A DNA stretch of 64,000 nt from an uncultured virus (IMG/VR IMGVR_UViG_3300044723_007864) (IMGVR_UViG_3300044723_007864); one strand, 5' to 3'. Positions 37,939 to 47,928 are shown, counted from the first letter of the stretch. Notes: generated from the letters alone by a model not told the origin. A program made the numbers and translations.

Positions 37939-38812
37939 CAACTTAATTCATAGATCACACTGGGTGAGCAAATCAGCCAAAGTTAATAGTGTGTATCTTT
38001 TTTTAGCTAGTATTAAAAAATATGCTACTATGTTTGATAGCACGGATATCTACATTGCGTGGGATGATCGTCGAGATCAAGAGACACCAAACTTCCGGAG
38101 ATTGTTATTAGGTAAGACATACAAAGGTACGAGAGATAAACAAAAGAATTATGAAGCATTCAAGAGTGCTGATGATGCAGCTAGAGTGTCATCTAGCTTG
38201 GGCATAAAAAATTTGTATCCTAACACCCTTGAGGCAGATGATATAATAGCGTGGTTGTGTATGAAAAAATTTCCAGACCAAGACAGTGTTGTGATATCAA
38301 CAGATCAAGACATGTTGCAACTAGTCAATGAAAACACGCAAGTGTACAGTCCTACTAAAGATTTGATTATCGATGTTGAAAACTTTGAAGATGTGGTAGG
38401 CGTAAACAGAGAGCGATACATACAATACAAAGCCATACGAGGTGACAAATCAGACAATATCGATGGTATTCCTGGTGCTGGCCCGAAACGTGCATTAAAA
38501 ATACTTGATGAAGGTGTATCCAATCTATCTGAAGAATATCACGAGCTGGTTGAACGTAATGTAAAAATAATGTGTCTTACTTTTAGTCTAGAGACAAATC
38601 CACAAGAATGTAAACATTTGCAAGAGCATCACGATCACGTCATTAATGAATGCAAAGTGGATATGAAACAATTTGAGAATGCATGTAAATATTACAACAT
38701 GGTCAACATTATTAATCATATGAACGTGTGGAGATCTATTTTCAACAAAAAAGATACATCTATGATGAGCGCAATCGGAGATATAGATTTTTTATCTGGC
38801 TTTGATAAATAA
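37913..38812 (+). CDS. rnh: 5'-3' exonuclease / T4 RNase H
   Basis: YIDGSNL, YKGTR, LEADDIIA, STDQDMLQL, GDKSDNIDGIPGAGPKRA. Confidence 0.92.
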   Translation: MKKLYIDGSNLIHRSHWVSKSAKVNSVYLFLASIKKYATMFDSTDIYIAWDDRRDQETPNFRRLLLGKTYKGTRDKQKNYEAFKSADDAARVSSSLGIKNLYPNTLEADDIIAWLCMKKFPDQDSVVISTDQDMLQLVNENTQVYSPTKDLIIDVENFEDVVGVNRERYIQYKAIRGDKSDNIDGIPGAGPKRALKILDEGVSNLSEEYHELVERNVKIMCLTFSLETNPQECKHLQEHHDHVINECKVDMKQFENACKYYNMVNIINHMNVWRSIFNKKDTSMMSAIGDIDFLSGFDK

Positions 38813-38818
38813 TATTAT

Positions 38819-39028
38819 ATGAATTTTGTAACAGTTAAAAATATTGCATCCCCTCTCACTGGTGGTCTGAGTAAACCACGTATAATGAAGTTTGAAAGAG
38901 ATGGGAAAATCTATGAAGAAGCTCACTGGTACTGTCCTGATTCTGGTCAATTCATTATGAAGGGTGTTGTTTCAATAACTGAAAAAAACAACAAGCCCAC
39001 TCCGGATAAAGTTGAAAATCCAGAATAA
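38819..39028 (+). CDS. Small hypothetical protein
   Basis: TAAATA 7 nt upstream; WYCPDSG. Confidence 0.6.
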   Translation: MNFVTVKNIASPLTGGLSKPRIMKFERDGKIYEEAHWYCPDSGQFIMKGVVSITEKNNKPTPDKVENPE

Positions 39029-39040
39029 TTATGATATAAT
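39012..39040 (+). promoter_or_regulatory. Sigma70-type promoter TTGAAA-N17-TATAAT (extended TG) for the primase gene
   Basis: GTG start 6 nt after the -10 box. Confidence 0.72.
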
Positions 39041-39046
39041 GATCCT

Positions 39047-40042
39047 GTGGTAATACCTCAGGAATATATCATACATAAATTCTATCAATACGCTGGTTAC
39101 CCGCGTTTAAAAAAAAGTACAGCCGTTTATGAAGGTGGCTGCTGCATGTGTAGAGAAGGTAACAGCTGGGGTAGAAAAAGACGACTGTATTTTATAACAA
39201 AAGATAATGTGATATGTTGTCACAATTGTGGGTGGTATAGTTCCCCGGGAGATTGGATAAAGCATGTGACAGGCATGTCCTGGTCGGAGATTTTTAGAGA
39301 AACAGAGGAATATGATATCATACCTGGATTAGAAAACTCATTTGAACAAACCATGCGACATGAACCGGATCTCCCACATGACAGTATTGATTTGTTTGAC
39401 ACACATCAGTTAAGTTACTACAGTGACAACAAACATGTTAAAGCATGTTTAGATATGATCGCATCTAGACGATTGGACACTGCTGTCAATCGCCCGAAAT
39501 CACTATACATGTCACTCAATGACAAAACACATAAAAACAGAGTGATAATACCGTTTTACAACGTGAATGGCAAGGCGTCTCACTATCAATCCCGTAAGAT
39601 TAGCAATGACCATACACCCAAATATCTATCTAAAACAAACAGCGAGAAAACGTTGTTTAATGTTGATAAATTAAAGACACCAGATCATATTTTTATTTTT
39701 GAAGGACCTATAGATAGCTTTTTCGTGAAAGATTCTGTTGCTGTCGCTGGTATACAAGACACATCTCGATTATGCTTCACTGACTCGCAACAATCTCAAT
39801 TGGATGGATTTGTGTTGAGTAAAAAAATATGGGTATTAGACAATGACACAACCGGTAGAGACAAGAGTAAAAAATTGTTAGAACGTGACGAATGTGTTTT
39901 TATCTGGCCACGACAGCTGAAACAATTCAAAGATATAAATGAATTATGCGTCCGGACAAAACGCGATGAGGTTAAGAGAGAATTTATCCTAGATCACTCT
40001 TATTGTGGAATGAAAGGACTTGTTAGATTAGCAACTAATTAA
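39047..40042 (+). CDS. gp61: DNA primase
   Basis: CCMC...CHNCG zinc finger, RVIIPF, FEGPIDS TOPRIM, LDND..G, KDINE. Confidence 0.92.
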   Translation: MVIPQEYIIHKFYQYAGYPRLKKSTAVYEGGCCMCREGNSWGRKRRLYFITKDNVICCHNCGWYSSPGDWIKHVTGMSWSEIFRETEEYDIIPGLENSFEQTMRHEPDLPHDSIDLFDTHQLSYYSDNKHVKACLDMIASRRLDTAVNRPKSLYMSLNDKTHKNRVIIPFYNVNGKASHYQSRKISNDHTPKYLSKTNSEKTLFNVDKLKTPDHIFIFEGPIDSFFVKDSVAVAGIQDTSRLCFTDSQQSQLDGFVLSKKIWVLDNDTTGRDKSKKLLERDECVFIWPRQLKQFKDINELCVRTKRDEVKREFILDHSYCGMKGLVRLATN

Positions 40043-40488
40043 AGATTCTCTTTAGCTGTTTGTTTGCGTCCAGCAGCTGCGATGTACTGATTCAAAGATT
40101 GCTGCAGAGCGGATAATTCTTGTGCAATTCTCGAAATTTTCATATGTTCTCCGCGGTACACATCAGCCATGATACTATCACAATCGGATCGACTCAGTTC
40201 TGAACTCATGCTCCCACTGCCTTCAGCCGGATCATTGAGTGTTTGTACCCAGTTTCCTATGTTTTCAACCCAACCGGTCAATTTACCTATTGTTGCATTC
40301 GCTTGCTGTTGCTTCAGACCATCGATGTTGACCGGATTGTCAGGTACATCATCAAATTCATTCGGACTGGTATCCTTATCGAGCCCGTCATTAAATGCAG
40401 CTTCATCATCCAATCCACCGTCTATTGGTTCGGGTAAATCTTCCGGAGCTTCTAATATTTTAAGAAATTTTTTCTGAAATGTACTCAT
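40039..40488 (-). CDS. Hypothetical protein
   Basis: TAAATA 9 nt upstream; MSTFQKKFLKILE leader. Confidence 0.6.
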   Translation of the reverse strand: MSTFQKKFLKILEAPEDLPEPIDGGLDDEAAFNDGLDKDTSPNEFDDVPDNPVNIDGLKQQQANATIGKLTGWVENIGNWVQTLNDPAEGSGSMSSELSRSDCDSIMADVYRGEHMKISRIAQELSALQQSLNQYIAAAGRKQTAKENL

Positions 40489-40530
40489 AGATGTAATTAT
40501 TTAGTTTCTAGCAATAAATATTTACACACA

Positions 40531-40974
40531 ATGCAACAGAAAAACAAATTTAATACAGCGTATCAAGAGATATTACAAGAAAGCCCTACACTTGGTGGTG
40601 GTCAATTTTCAAATCTACGCAACGCTGAAAATGGTGGTGGAATGAATGTCGGTGGCATGGGAGGTGAAAAGCAAAAACATGTGTCATTGCTCGATATTCT
40701 TAGTCAGGTTGAGCAACAGAGAAGAAAGCAGCGACCGGATTCTCCTATCATAACGTACCCTTTGCAAAACAAAATACCGGACGATGTATCAGAATTGGTA
40801 CGCCAAGTGGCTGATATAACTGGTTTGTTTGTACAGGCAAAAGAATCTCCTGTATTCAAAGCAAATGACAAAGGAACCAAAGCATGTGAGCAAGCCATAA
40901 AAAAACTCAAAAAAGTTGGCGCTATATTGATGTCATTACGTGATAATTTCGACGATTTAGTTGTTGATTATTAA
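40531..40974 (+). CDS. Hypothetical protein
   Basis: TAAATA 10 nt upstream; MQQKNKFNTAYQEILQE leader. Confidence 0.6.
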   Translation: MQQKNKFNTAYQEILQESPTLGGGQFSNLRNAENGGGMNVGGMGGEKQKHVSLLDILSQVEQQRRKQRPDSPIITYPLQNKIPDDVSELVRQVADITGLFVQAKESPVFKANDKGTKACEQAIKKLKKVGAILMSLRDNFDDLVVDY

Positions 40975-40992
40975 GCTATATTAATTTATAAT
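40964..40992 (+). promoter_or_regulatory. Sigma70-type promoter TTGATT-N17-TATAAT
   Basis: ATG 40999 lies 6 nt after the -10 box. Confidence 0.7.
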
Positions 40993-40998
40993 ATTAGC

Positions 40999-41433
40999 AT
41001 GCTACTGATACTTAGATCATTACTGATCACATGTTCAATTGCCGCGGTTGTAGCAACTGTTTTCTGGTCAACCGGTGGCGATTTCTCCCGGCCTTTTATA
41101 CTGACAATAGCCATACAGATAGGTGTGTCGTGGATATACACATCAATATCTAATCGATATTTTAATATAAAACAACAACAAGTAGACAATGAACGTATAA
41201 AAGAATTTACAAAACAAGGTATAGAAGTTGAGTGCGCGTACTGTAAAACACCTAATTTAATACCTGTCCGTTTTGATGATGATAATGATTTTACATGCAT
41301 AAATTGCGACAAAGAAAATGCGACATATATTAACGTGACAATCACACAAAAAACAGCCCCACTTAACATGAGCCCACTGCTAGTGAATACATTAAATGCA
41401 AATGAACAACAAGCCATTGACAGACTCGGTTGA
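40999..41433 (+). CDS. Two-TM membrane protein with a C-terminal zinc ribbon
   Basis: Two N-terminal hydrophobic helices; CAYC...CINC. Confidence 0.65.
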   Translation: MLLILRSLLITCSIAAVVATVFWSTGGDFSRPFILTIAIQIGVSWIYTSISNRYFNIKQQQVDNERIKEFTKQGIEVECAYCKTPNLIPVRFDDDNDFTCINCDKENATYINVTITQKTAPLNMSPLLVNTLNANEQQAIDRLG

Positions 41434-41848
41434 TAGGATACCGGCCAAACAAGTACCAGCCACTAGTGTGACTGCTACACCGAAACCATCACCAATAGTT
41501 TGTCAAGACGTTATTGACATGATCGACAGCTATTTATCAAAAGATGATATAACATATCATGCAAAGACATATTTTAAAAAAGGTGTTATGAAGGCCGCTC
41601 CAGGTAAAATGAAAGTACACACGGTTATTCAGTCACTGAATAACATCATGCAAGATTTTATTTTTGAAGAGAATGATATGAAAATAACTACATGTTCATC
41701 AGTCCGTAACTATTTTGAGGGGGTTAGTAAAATATGCCAAGTTTTAGACAACAGCGAAATAAAAGTTGCTGATGATAGATTGTTATGTTATATTATTGGT
41801 TATATGCTGAAATTATTAAAAAAACATCAAGGAGGCGCTGAAAATTAA
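41402..41848 (+). CDS. Hypothetical protein
   Basis: ORF in operon; start uncertain. Confidence 0.55.
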   Translation: MNNKPLTDSVDRIPAKQVPATSVTATPKPSPIVCQDVIDMIDSYLSKDDITYHAKTYFKKGVMKAAPGKMKVHTVIQSLNNIMQDFIFEENDMKITTCSSVRNYFEGVSKICQVLDNSEIKVADDRLLCYIIGYMLKLLKKHQGGAEN

Positions 41849-42120
41849 TGACAACACCTATAACTGAAATAGACAAAAAAGGTATGTCGAAAACCGTAAC
41901 GTTACCGATTAAATCAAAAGATAATAATCAAATGACACTTTATGAACTGTCCAGATGGTGTGCACTGGTGGATGCTGTTACTATTATTGATAAGAAGATG
42001 GCTACTATATCAGGAGAAGTATCAAATTGGGTCAAACCAATCGCGATTCAAAAATACATTGATGATAAATATCAGGATATATTACACGAGATGATCGAGA
42101 GAGATAAAATGTTGGATTAA
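41848..42120 (+). CDS. Hypothetical protein
   Basis: Coupled ORF. Confidence 0.55.
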   Translation: MTTPITEIDKKGMSKTVTLPIKSKDNNQMTLYELSRWCALVDAVTIIDKKMATISGEVSNWVKPIAIQKYIDDKYQDILHEMIERDKMLD

Positions 42121-42890
42121 ACATATCCTCCATAAACATCATCATTACTTTCCGAAAAATCACCGTAGTCAAAAACACTTTTTGATAAATTATTAGTACT
42201 CTCACCATACGTTTTGTCCGGGCTAGCGGGTTGAGTACCACCTGGGAGTAACCCAGTGGATACATCATCGTACACTTGTTCCATCGCACCTTCCGGAAAC
42301 AAACCAGGTTCGTAGCTATGATCATAACGTTTCGCTTTGATTAACCATATGTAATGACCGATCAGCGGATTTATCTTGCTAATATCTTGCTCCACACGAT
42401 CTGTTATCTCGAATATTTTTCCATCTCTACCACCAACACGATCCAGAGAACCGTATTCGGTCAATTGAAAAACATCCCCCGATTTTGGTTCTGGGGTTGA
42501 TATGTCTTCAGATGATAGCTGCCGATAAAAAGTATCAATAGCGATATATCCCGTTATTTCATCATCTCCGACTAGCCCAAATTTGTTCAACACAATAGCT
42601 GATTCATTCAATTCAAACGCTATCACTAGTTTTTTCGGTTCTTGGAATCGTTGAGTAGGCTCTTCACCGTATAACGAATCATGACCACTCAAGCTGTAAC
42701 TGTTGACAAAATAATCAACTTCCGTGCCAAATTGAAACAATTGTTCTTGCCACCAACCATTATAAAGACTACGTTCATTTTCGTTGATGTCTTTGTGTAG
42801 ATACCTGACTTGACCAGTTGTATTGCGCGGCAATATACCACCATCACTGTAAGCGTTACCGAAACTAAAAATATTGTTTAAATCCACCAT
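42117..42890 (-). CDS. gp14: Neck / head closure protein
   Basis: EQLFQFG.EVDY, LYGEEP...F, LNKFGL..DDE, PKSGDV, IFEITDRV. Confidence 0.75.
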   Translation of the reverse strand: MVDLNNIFSFGNAYSDGGILPRNTTGQVRYLHKDINENERSLYNGWWQEQLFQFGTEVDYFVNSYSLSGHDSLYGEEPTQRFQEPKKLVIAFELNESAIVLNKFGLVGDDEITGYIAIDTFYRQLSSEDISTPEPKSGDVFQLTEYGSLDRVGGRDGKIFEITDRVEQDISKINPLIGHYIWLIKAKRYDHSYEPGLFPEGAMEQVYDDVSTGLLPGGTQPASPDKTYGESTNNLSKSVFDYGDFSESNDDVYGGYV

Positions 42891-42895
42891 TATAC

Positions 42896-42907
42896 ATAAA
42901 TATTTAT
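42896..42907. promoter_or_regulatory. Palindromic bidirectional late promoter ATAAATATTTAT
   Basis: Perfect 12-bp palindrome giving TAAATA on both strands between divergent genes. Confidence 0.55.
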
Positions 42908-42925
42908 TGATACGCAGCATTTATA

Positions 42926-43405
42926 ATGAACACAAAAGACAACAAACTGATATATGAAGCTTACCAACCGGCGTCCAATAATGATGCGGTTGTGGATGCG
43001 GTTGTAGAATTTTTAATGAGCACCGGAAAACAATCATTCACACAGCAAGAAATGCAAGACGCTGTGGAATATTGGGTGAGTAGATTAATGCCAAATGGTC
43101 TGGAAACAACCGATCAATTGACGTATATAATGAACACCGCTGCCAATCAATTACGTAGTAAAGGGTATGAAGCACATGGCGGTACATCCGATCATTATGC
43201 TAAGATAGAAGCTGGCGCTTTGAATCAAGCAGCTGGAGAGTTGAGAGATTGGGATGTCAATATACCGGGAGCGGCTCAAAGCAAAACAGGAGTCAATTGG
43301 AAAACCGAACAACTGCCTGATACATCAGATTATCCGGGAAGAAAACCTAGACCCAAACGTGAGATTGATCACGAACTTGATAGAGACCCTAACAACCCAC
43401 GATAG
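42926..43405 (+). CDS. Hypothetical protein
   Basis: MNTKDNKLIYEAY leader. Confidence 0.6.
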   Translation: MNTKDNKLIYEAYQPASNNDAVVDAVVEFLMSTGKQSFTQQEMQDAVEYWVSRLMPNGLETTDQLTYIMNTAANQLRSKGYEAHGGTSDHYAKIEAGALNQAAGELRDWDVNIPGAAQSKTGVNWKTEQLPDTSDYPGRKPRPKREIDHELDRDPNNPR

Positions 43406-43415
43406 AGGCATATCA

Positions 43416-43808
43416 CTATTTAACTATAACGTAGGCTTGTCCGCGTGGCATTACCCGCATGCCGGTCGTACCGAGGTCTTTACCTGTAGATAGGTATTTC
43501 TGTGCCATCTGCTGGACATTGTTTATGTTGCAAGGCTCTTGATCACCCTGCTTGATATATGTGTTAATTATATGGATTAAATCTTGTGGTGTACACACGT
43601 GAGATGTGCCGCCGTTGTTTCTCAGATGCTCGATAGCATTGTTATCTTCACCACTAGCTTTATGAACAACAGGTATGAAGTTTTGATGCACTCTATCAGC
43701 ACCTGTTTTTACGTTCCTATGACGGTAATCATGCCCGCCTTTTTTATACAACACAACATCATCAACATCATCGCTCAATAGTTTTTTAAACCTAGCTTCA
43801 AAACTCAT
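43416..43808 (-). CDS. Hypothetical protein
   Basis: TATAAATA 8 nt upstream of ATG 43808; MSFEARFKKLL leader. Confidence 0.6.
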   Translation of the reverse strand: MSFEARFKKLLSDDVDDVVLYKKGGHDYRHRNVKTGADRVHQNFIPVVHKASGEDNNAIEHLRNNGGTSHVCTPQDLIHIINTYIKQGDQEPCNINNVQQMAQKYLSTGKDLGTTGMRVMPRGQAYVIVK

Positions 43809-43828
43809 CGTATATATATTTATACAAT

Positions 43829-44602
43829 TCAATCGAAATCAACGGTGTATGGTGTGTGGTGTAGAGGTACTTTGTGTTGCCATTTGCTCCAATCAACTTT
43901 TCCTGCGCTTATGTCCCAAGGGCGAAACTTTTCAATCTGTCGTCTCACGGCATTGTTTATAAACACAACATCTACCTGAGACAACTGACCATAGTAATAA
44001 CCAGGGTCACATATATCAAATATCCGGAAACCACGTTTGTGTAGATTGAGTATTCTATTGGCAAACTGCTCCGAGTCCCCCACTGACATTTCAACAATAA
44101 CAAAACACGCAGCTGGTACACAATCCACCCCTCCATTGATTATAGCATCTTCATGACCGTCTACATCTATTTTGATAGAAAACCTATATTGCATATCAGG
44201 TGTCATGTTGTTCCAGTAATATTCGTCTAGTGTTGTTGAATCGACAGTCTCGATCCTTTTCACGTGAGCCATGTTTTCATCCGCTACAAAGTTCAAGTAT
44301 GTGTGTGTTATCTTGTCAGAACCGTCCTGTGATATGTGATGTAAATACATTTTTCTCGGTTTGTTTGACAAGGGCTCTTGTATGACAACATGATCAATTC
44401 CTTTACCGGTGTAATAGCTGATCAATTGATCATGATACACACTACATGGTTCGAACAATATGTGTTTTGACTCTGGAAATGTATCCGCTAAAAAATCCGT
44501 TTGTTTTTGAGCTCCTACATCGATTATGGTTTCAAAACACTCCGGAGCTATTTGTTTTATTATGCTCAAGCTTTGATATAGTGATGGCGTCCTCTTTTCC
44601 AT
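43829..44602 (-). CDS. FkbM-family SAM methyltransferase
   Basis: IIDVGA, LFEP, TTLDEY, IKIDVDGHE, QVDVVF; start ATG 44602, 5 nt after TAAATA. Confidence 0.82.
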   Translation of the reverse strand: MEKRTPSLYQSLSIIKQIAPECFETIIDVGAQKQTDFLADTFPESKHILFEPCSVYHDQLISYYTGKGIDHVVIQEPLSNKPRKMYLHHISQDGSDKITHTYLNFVADENMAHVKRIETVDSTTLDEYYWNNMTPDMQYRFSIKIDVDGHEDAIINGGVDCVPAACFVIVEMSVGDSEQFANRILNLHKRGFRIFDICDPGYYYGQLSQVDVVFINNAVRRQIEKFRPWDISAGKVDWSKWQHKVPLHHTPYTVDFD

Positions 44603-44638
44603 ACTTGTATTTACAAAAAAACAACACACGCTCAACAC

Positions 44639-44670
44639 AAAAAAAAACACGGCCGAATGACCGTGTTTTT
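44639..44670 (-). terminator. Intrinsic terminator
   Basis: Minus strand ACACGGTC-ATTC-GGCCGTGT stem-loop followed by a long T run, just downstream of 44691..45554. Confidence 0.8.
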
Positions 44671-44690
44671 AAAAAGAGCTAAGGTTTAGC

Positions 44691-45554
44691 TCAACCCCAC
44701 TCGAGGTCGGCTACTTTGTTGCTACCCTTAGGATTGGAAAGATGTTTGTTAGCACCTACATTACAAGCTTTGGGGCTTCCGTCCCCATCTTGTCCGCTGG
44801 CACCACCATCAGCACTCCCGCCTTTAGGCTTCACGGTGCTTTTGACTTCGTGCTTTTTGCTCTGCAGAGTGGCTTTACCGTCTGTAGCTGCTTTTGGCTT
44901 GCCACCATCTTCCATACCAGAAGCTTTAGTTTCTCCAGCTTCCATTAGAGACTCTTCACTATCAAAATCCAATTCATCATCACTATCGTCTCCAAGATCA
45001 TCAAACTCTTCATCGTCACCACCGAGTTGTGACATAAGAGCGTCATGGAGCTTCTCTGCGATGTCTCGAGGAAGGCTCAGCGTTATTTCATCACCACCAG
45101 CATCATCCTCAATACCCAGGTCATTAAGATCTTCATCCGGGGATTGCTCATCTCCCAGGCCGTTTTCGAGATCCACTTCCTCAAGGTCCTCGGCTTCCAT
45201 GATGGTTGCGTAAAGTTTATCGAATATATTAGGTCCTTTGTTACTCATGTTACTATTATTTATGCTCTTTTCATTCAAATTCTCTGATTTTTTTTCTTCT
45301 TTTTGATTTTGTGTGATGTTTTGATTCGAGATACCCTCTTCATCATTATCACCGTTATCAACCGGTGACTGCAAGCCGGACACATTGGGTCCGCTATCTG
45401 CTGGTGCTAGCCCCGCGGCATCATTGATGTTGGATGTCATTGGACTGACCTCAACATTTTCGTTCAAAGTATTACTATCCCCGGTCTGTGCTCCCTCATG
45501 AAGGATGCCATCGACATAGAGGTTAGCTAGATCGTTAATGTATTTTTTTTTCAT
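44691..45554 (-). CDS. Acidic protein, probable prohead core/scaffold or internal protein
   Basis: Very acidic, several L/I-x-E sites, own late promoter (TAAGTA) and terminator, divergent from the terminase gene. Confidence 0.5.
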   Translation of the reverse strand: MKKKYINDLANLYVDGILHEGAQTGDSNTLNENVEVSPMTSNINDAAGLAPADSGPNVSGLQSPVDNGDNDEEGISNQNITQNQKEEKKSENLNEKSINNSNMSNKGPNIFDKLYATIMEAEDLEEVDLENGLGDEQSPDEDLNDLGIEDDAGGDEITLSLPRDIAEKLHDALMSQLGGDDEEFDDLGDDSDDELDFDSEESLMEAGETKASGMEDGGKPKAATDGKATLQSKKHEVKSTVKPKGGSADGGASGQDGDGSPKACNVGANKHLSNPKGSNKVADLEWG

Positions 45555-45557
45555 GTG

Positions 45558-45565
45558 TATAAATA
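45558..45565 (+). promoter_or_regulatory. T4-type late promoter TATAAATA for the terminase gene
   Basis: Exact T4 gp55 consensus; overlaps TAAGTA on the opposite strand. Confidence 0.7.
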
Positions 45566-45579
45566 CTTATATATTTGAA

Positions 45580-47280
45580 GTGAAAAAAACAAAACAAACA
45601 GGTTATTATCTCGGTAATAAAAATTTACCAACAAAAGATGCGGAATTTGAATGGACACCGCAGATGGTGAAATCCATTAAAAAAAGCGCAGCCAATCTAC
45701 TACACTTTGCTGAGGAGTTTTTTACAATTGTGAATCTCGACAAAGGCCGCGACAAAATAAAATTACACAAATGTCAAAAACGCGTGTTACGAGCCTTACG
45801 AGACAATAGATTCAACATTGTGTTAGCCAGCCGGCAGATAGGAAAAACAACCATGATGTGTATATATGCACTGTGGACGGCTTGTTTCAATGATGATCAG
45901 AGAATATTGATCGTGGCCAATAAAGAACAAACCGCGATCAACATATTCAAGCGTGTGCGTATAGCATATGAAGAGTTGCCTAATTGGCTCAAGCCCGGTG
46001 TGGATGAGTATGGTAAAACCAGCATGTTGTTATCGAACGGTAGTAGTGTAGGCATCAGCACTACCAGTAGTGATGCAGGAAGAGGGGACAGCTGTAACGT
46101 GCTGATCCTGGACGAGCTAGCGTTCATTGATGATCATTTGGTGCAAGATTTTTGGAAATCAGTATACCCTATCATATCCAGTTCCAAAAAGAGTAAAATT
46201 TTTATTGCTAGCACACCTAATGGCACCACAAATCTGTTTTATGATTTATACAGCAAAGCTCTCAAAGGAGCCAACAACTGGAAAGCGAGCCGGGTTGATT
46301 GGCATGAGATACCTGGTCGTGACGAACAATGGAAAGAGGATACAATCAAATCACTTGGTAGCAAGCAAGCATTTGATCAAGAGTTTGGTAATCAATTCAT
46401 CGAGCCTGGTGAAACCGCGATCGCGGACGCGGCTATCGAGAAATTTAAAATAACAGTTTGCGAGCCAAAATACGTGTTTGACGAAGGTGATTATCTTGTG
46501 TGGTCGGAACCGTCTCCTGAGAAAATATACTGTGTGGGTGTGGATGTAGCGGAAGGTGTTGGTGAGGCGGCTAGTGTGATCCAAGTGATGGACATAACCA
46601 ATTTGACAAACATACAACAGGTGGCTGTTTATAGAAACAGCAACATCATACCACACAAGTTCACATCCAAACTGTTAGAGATACTCGGTAACTGGGGCAA
46701 CCCGGTAGCCGCGGTGGAGCGTAACAATTGTGGTGCCCAAGTGGTTGATTCGTTGCGTAACACGCATGGATATGAAAACCTGGTGCACTTCGCACCTGGT
46801 CAAGACAAGGAAAAGTACAACAGACCTGGAGTGATCGCACACACCAACACAAAATACAAGGGAGTGACCAACATGAGATACTGGGTGAACGAGCTAGCCG
46901 CCGTGTCCATTCGTGACAAACACACAGTTGATGAGCTCAAAACATTTGTCAGGTACCCGAACGGTACATGGGCGGCTCAGAGAGGAGTGGATTCTAGAGA
47001 CGATCGTGTGATGGCCATGATATGGTCTCTGATAGTGTTAGAAGCACCCTTGACAGAGAAATATTTCGATGTTGTGACACGTGATGATAATGAAAAACCA
47101 TTACAGCTTCAACAATTCAACTACGGTCCTCGCGAATTTTCCAATCCTCTAACATTATATAATACAGAAAACAACACCGAGCTAGGCATGCCTCCTCCGA
47201 TGCTCATGAGCAACACCGGAGGACCAGCACTGCCCGGGGATATGGATGATCTGTTAGCGAATGGGTATGAGCTGTTATAA
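45580..47280 (+). CDS. gp17: Terminase large subunit
   Basis: YLGNKNL, ASRQIGKTT, LILDELAF, STPNG, FDQEF, GVDVAEG, VERNN, DDRVMA; probable GTG start at 45580. Confidence 0.96.
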   Translation: MKKTKQTGYYLGNKNLPTKDAEFEWTPQMVKSIKKSAANLLHFAEEFFTIVNLDKGRDKIKLHKCQKRVLRALRDNRFNIVLASRQIGKTTMMCIYALWTACFNDDQRILIVANKEQTAINIFKRVRIAYEELPNWLKPGVDEYGKTSMLLSNGSSVGISTTSSDAGRGDSCNVLILDELAFIDDHLVQDFWKSVYPIISSSKKSKIFIASTPNGTTNLFYDLYSKALKGANNWKASRVDWHEIPGRDEQWKEDTIKSLGSKQAFDQEFGNQFIEPGETAIADAAIEKFKITVCEPKYVFDEGDYLVWSEPSPEKIYCVGVDVAEGVGEAASVIQVMDITNLTNIQQVAVYRNSNIIPHKFTSKLLEILGNWGNPVAAVERNNCGAQVVDSLRNTHGYENLVHFAPGQDKEKYNRPGVIAHTNTKYKGVTNMRYWVNELAAVSIRDKHTVDELKTFVRYPNGTWAAQRGVDSRDDRVMAMIWSLIVLEAPLTEKYFDVVTRDDNEKPLQLQQFNYGPREFSNPLTLYNTENNTELGMPPPMLMSNTGGPALPGDMDDLLANGYELL

Positions 47281-47283
47281 ATA
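47276..47283 (+). promoter_or_regulatory. T4-type late promoter TATAAATA
   Basis: 8 nt before ATG 47292. Confidence 0.7.
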
Positions 47284-47291
47284 TAAACGAC

Positions 47292-47879
47292 ATGGCTGAG
47301 CAAATTTCAACAATCCGGCAATCGATATTAAACAAAGCTAAAAAGGACAAGTTTTTACTTGTGTTCACACTACCTAAAGCTTTGAGAATGGTGAACACAC
47401 GAGACAACTCTAGTCGGTTAGATGAGAAACTCATACATGATTCATTACAGTTCAGTATATTCGGTACGATCATACCTGCCATAACCGTGAACGCCATCGA
47501 GGAGACATACTCAGGGCAAGTGTTTAAATTTTCCGGGCACCATCGACCATCATACGGCAACATAACCGTTAATTTTGTTATAGACAATCAATTCAACAAC
47601 TACTGGGTGATATACAAGTGGATCAATTTGATGAATCACAACAAAGAAGCCTTTTTCCACAAAGACCAGATGCCATTGAAAGACGCACCTTTTGAAGATT
47701 ATGCTACAAATTTCACTGTGTTTGGATTGGATGAGTATGACAACAAGAAAATACAATTTGATTATATTGGAGTGGTGCCGGTCAGTCTAGGTTCGATAAA
47801 TTACAATTACCAGGATCCCACACAAATCGATTCAACATTTGAGTTTAGTTTTAGTCAACTAACGTCACAACTTTTGTAA
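47292..47879 (+). CDS. Tail completion / tail tube terminator (gp3-like)
   Basis: Tube-fold pattern IPAIT...YGNITVNFVIDNQFNNYWVIYKWI...PVSLGSINY; precedes the sheath gene. Confidence 0.65.
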   Translation: MAEQISTIRQSILNKAKKDKFLLVFTLPKALRMVNTRDNSSRLDEKLIHDSLQFSIFGTIIPAITVNAIEETYSGQVFKFSGHHRPSYGNITVNFVIDNQFNNYWVIYKWINLMNHNKEAFFHKDQMPLKDAPFEDYATNFTVFGLDEYDNKKIQFDYIGVVPVSLGSINYNYQDPTQIDSTFEFSFSQLTSQLL

Positions 47880-47928
47880 ATCTTGGGTCTTGAGAGACTA
47901 AATATCTATAACAAGGAGATATATTTAT

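Noticed and set aside
44716..45213. Alternative-frame and antisense ORFs in the track (e.g. 44716..45213, 25506..26015, 40986..41417)
   Set aside because: They overlap well-supported genes, lack motifs and promoters, and look like shadow ORFs
24367..47280. Introns or inteins in the polymerase, helicase or terminase
   Set aside because: These ORFs are uninterrupted, of ordinary length, and show no intein or homing-endonuclease motifs
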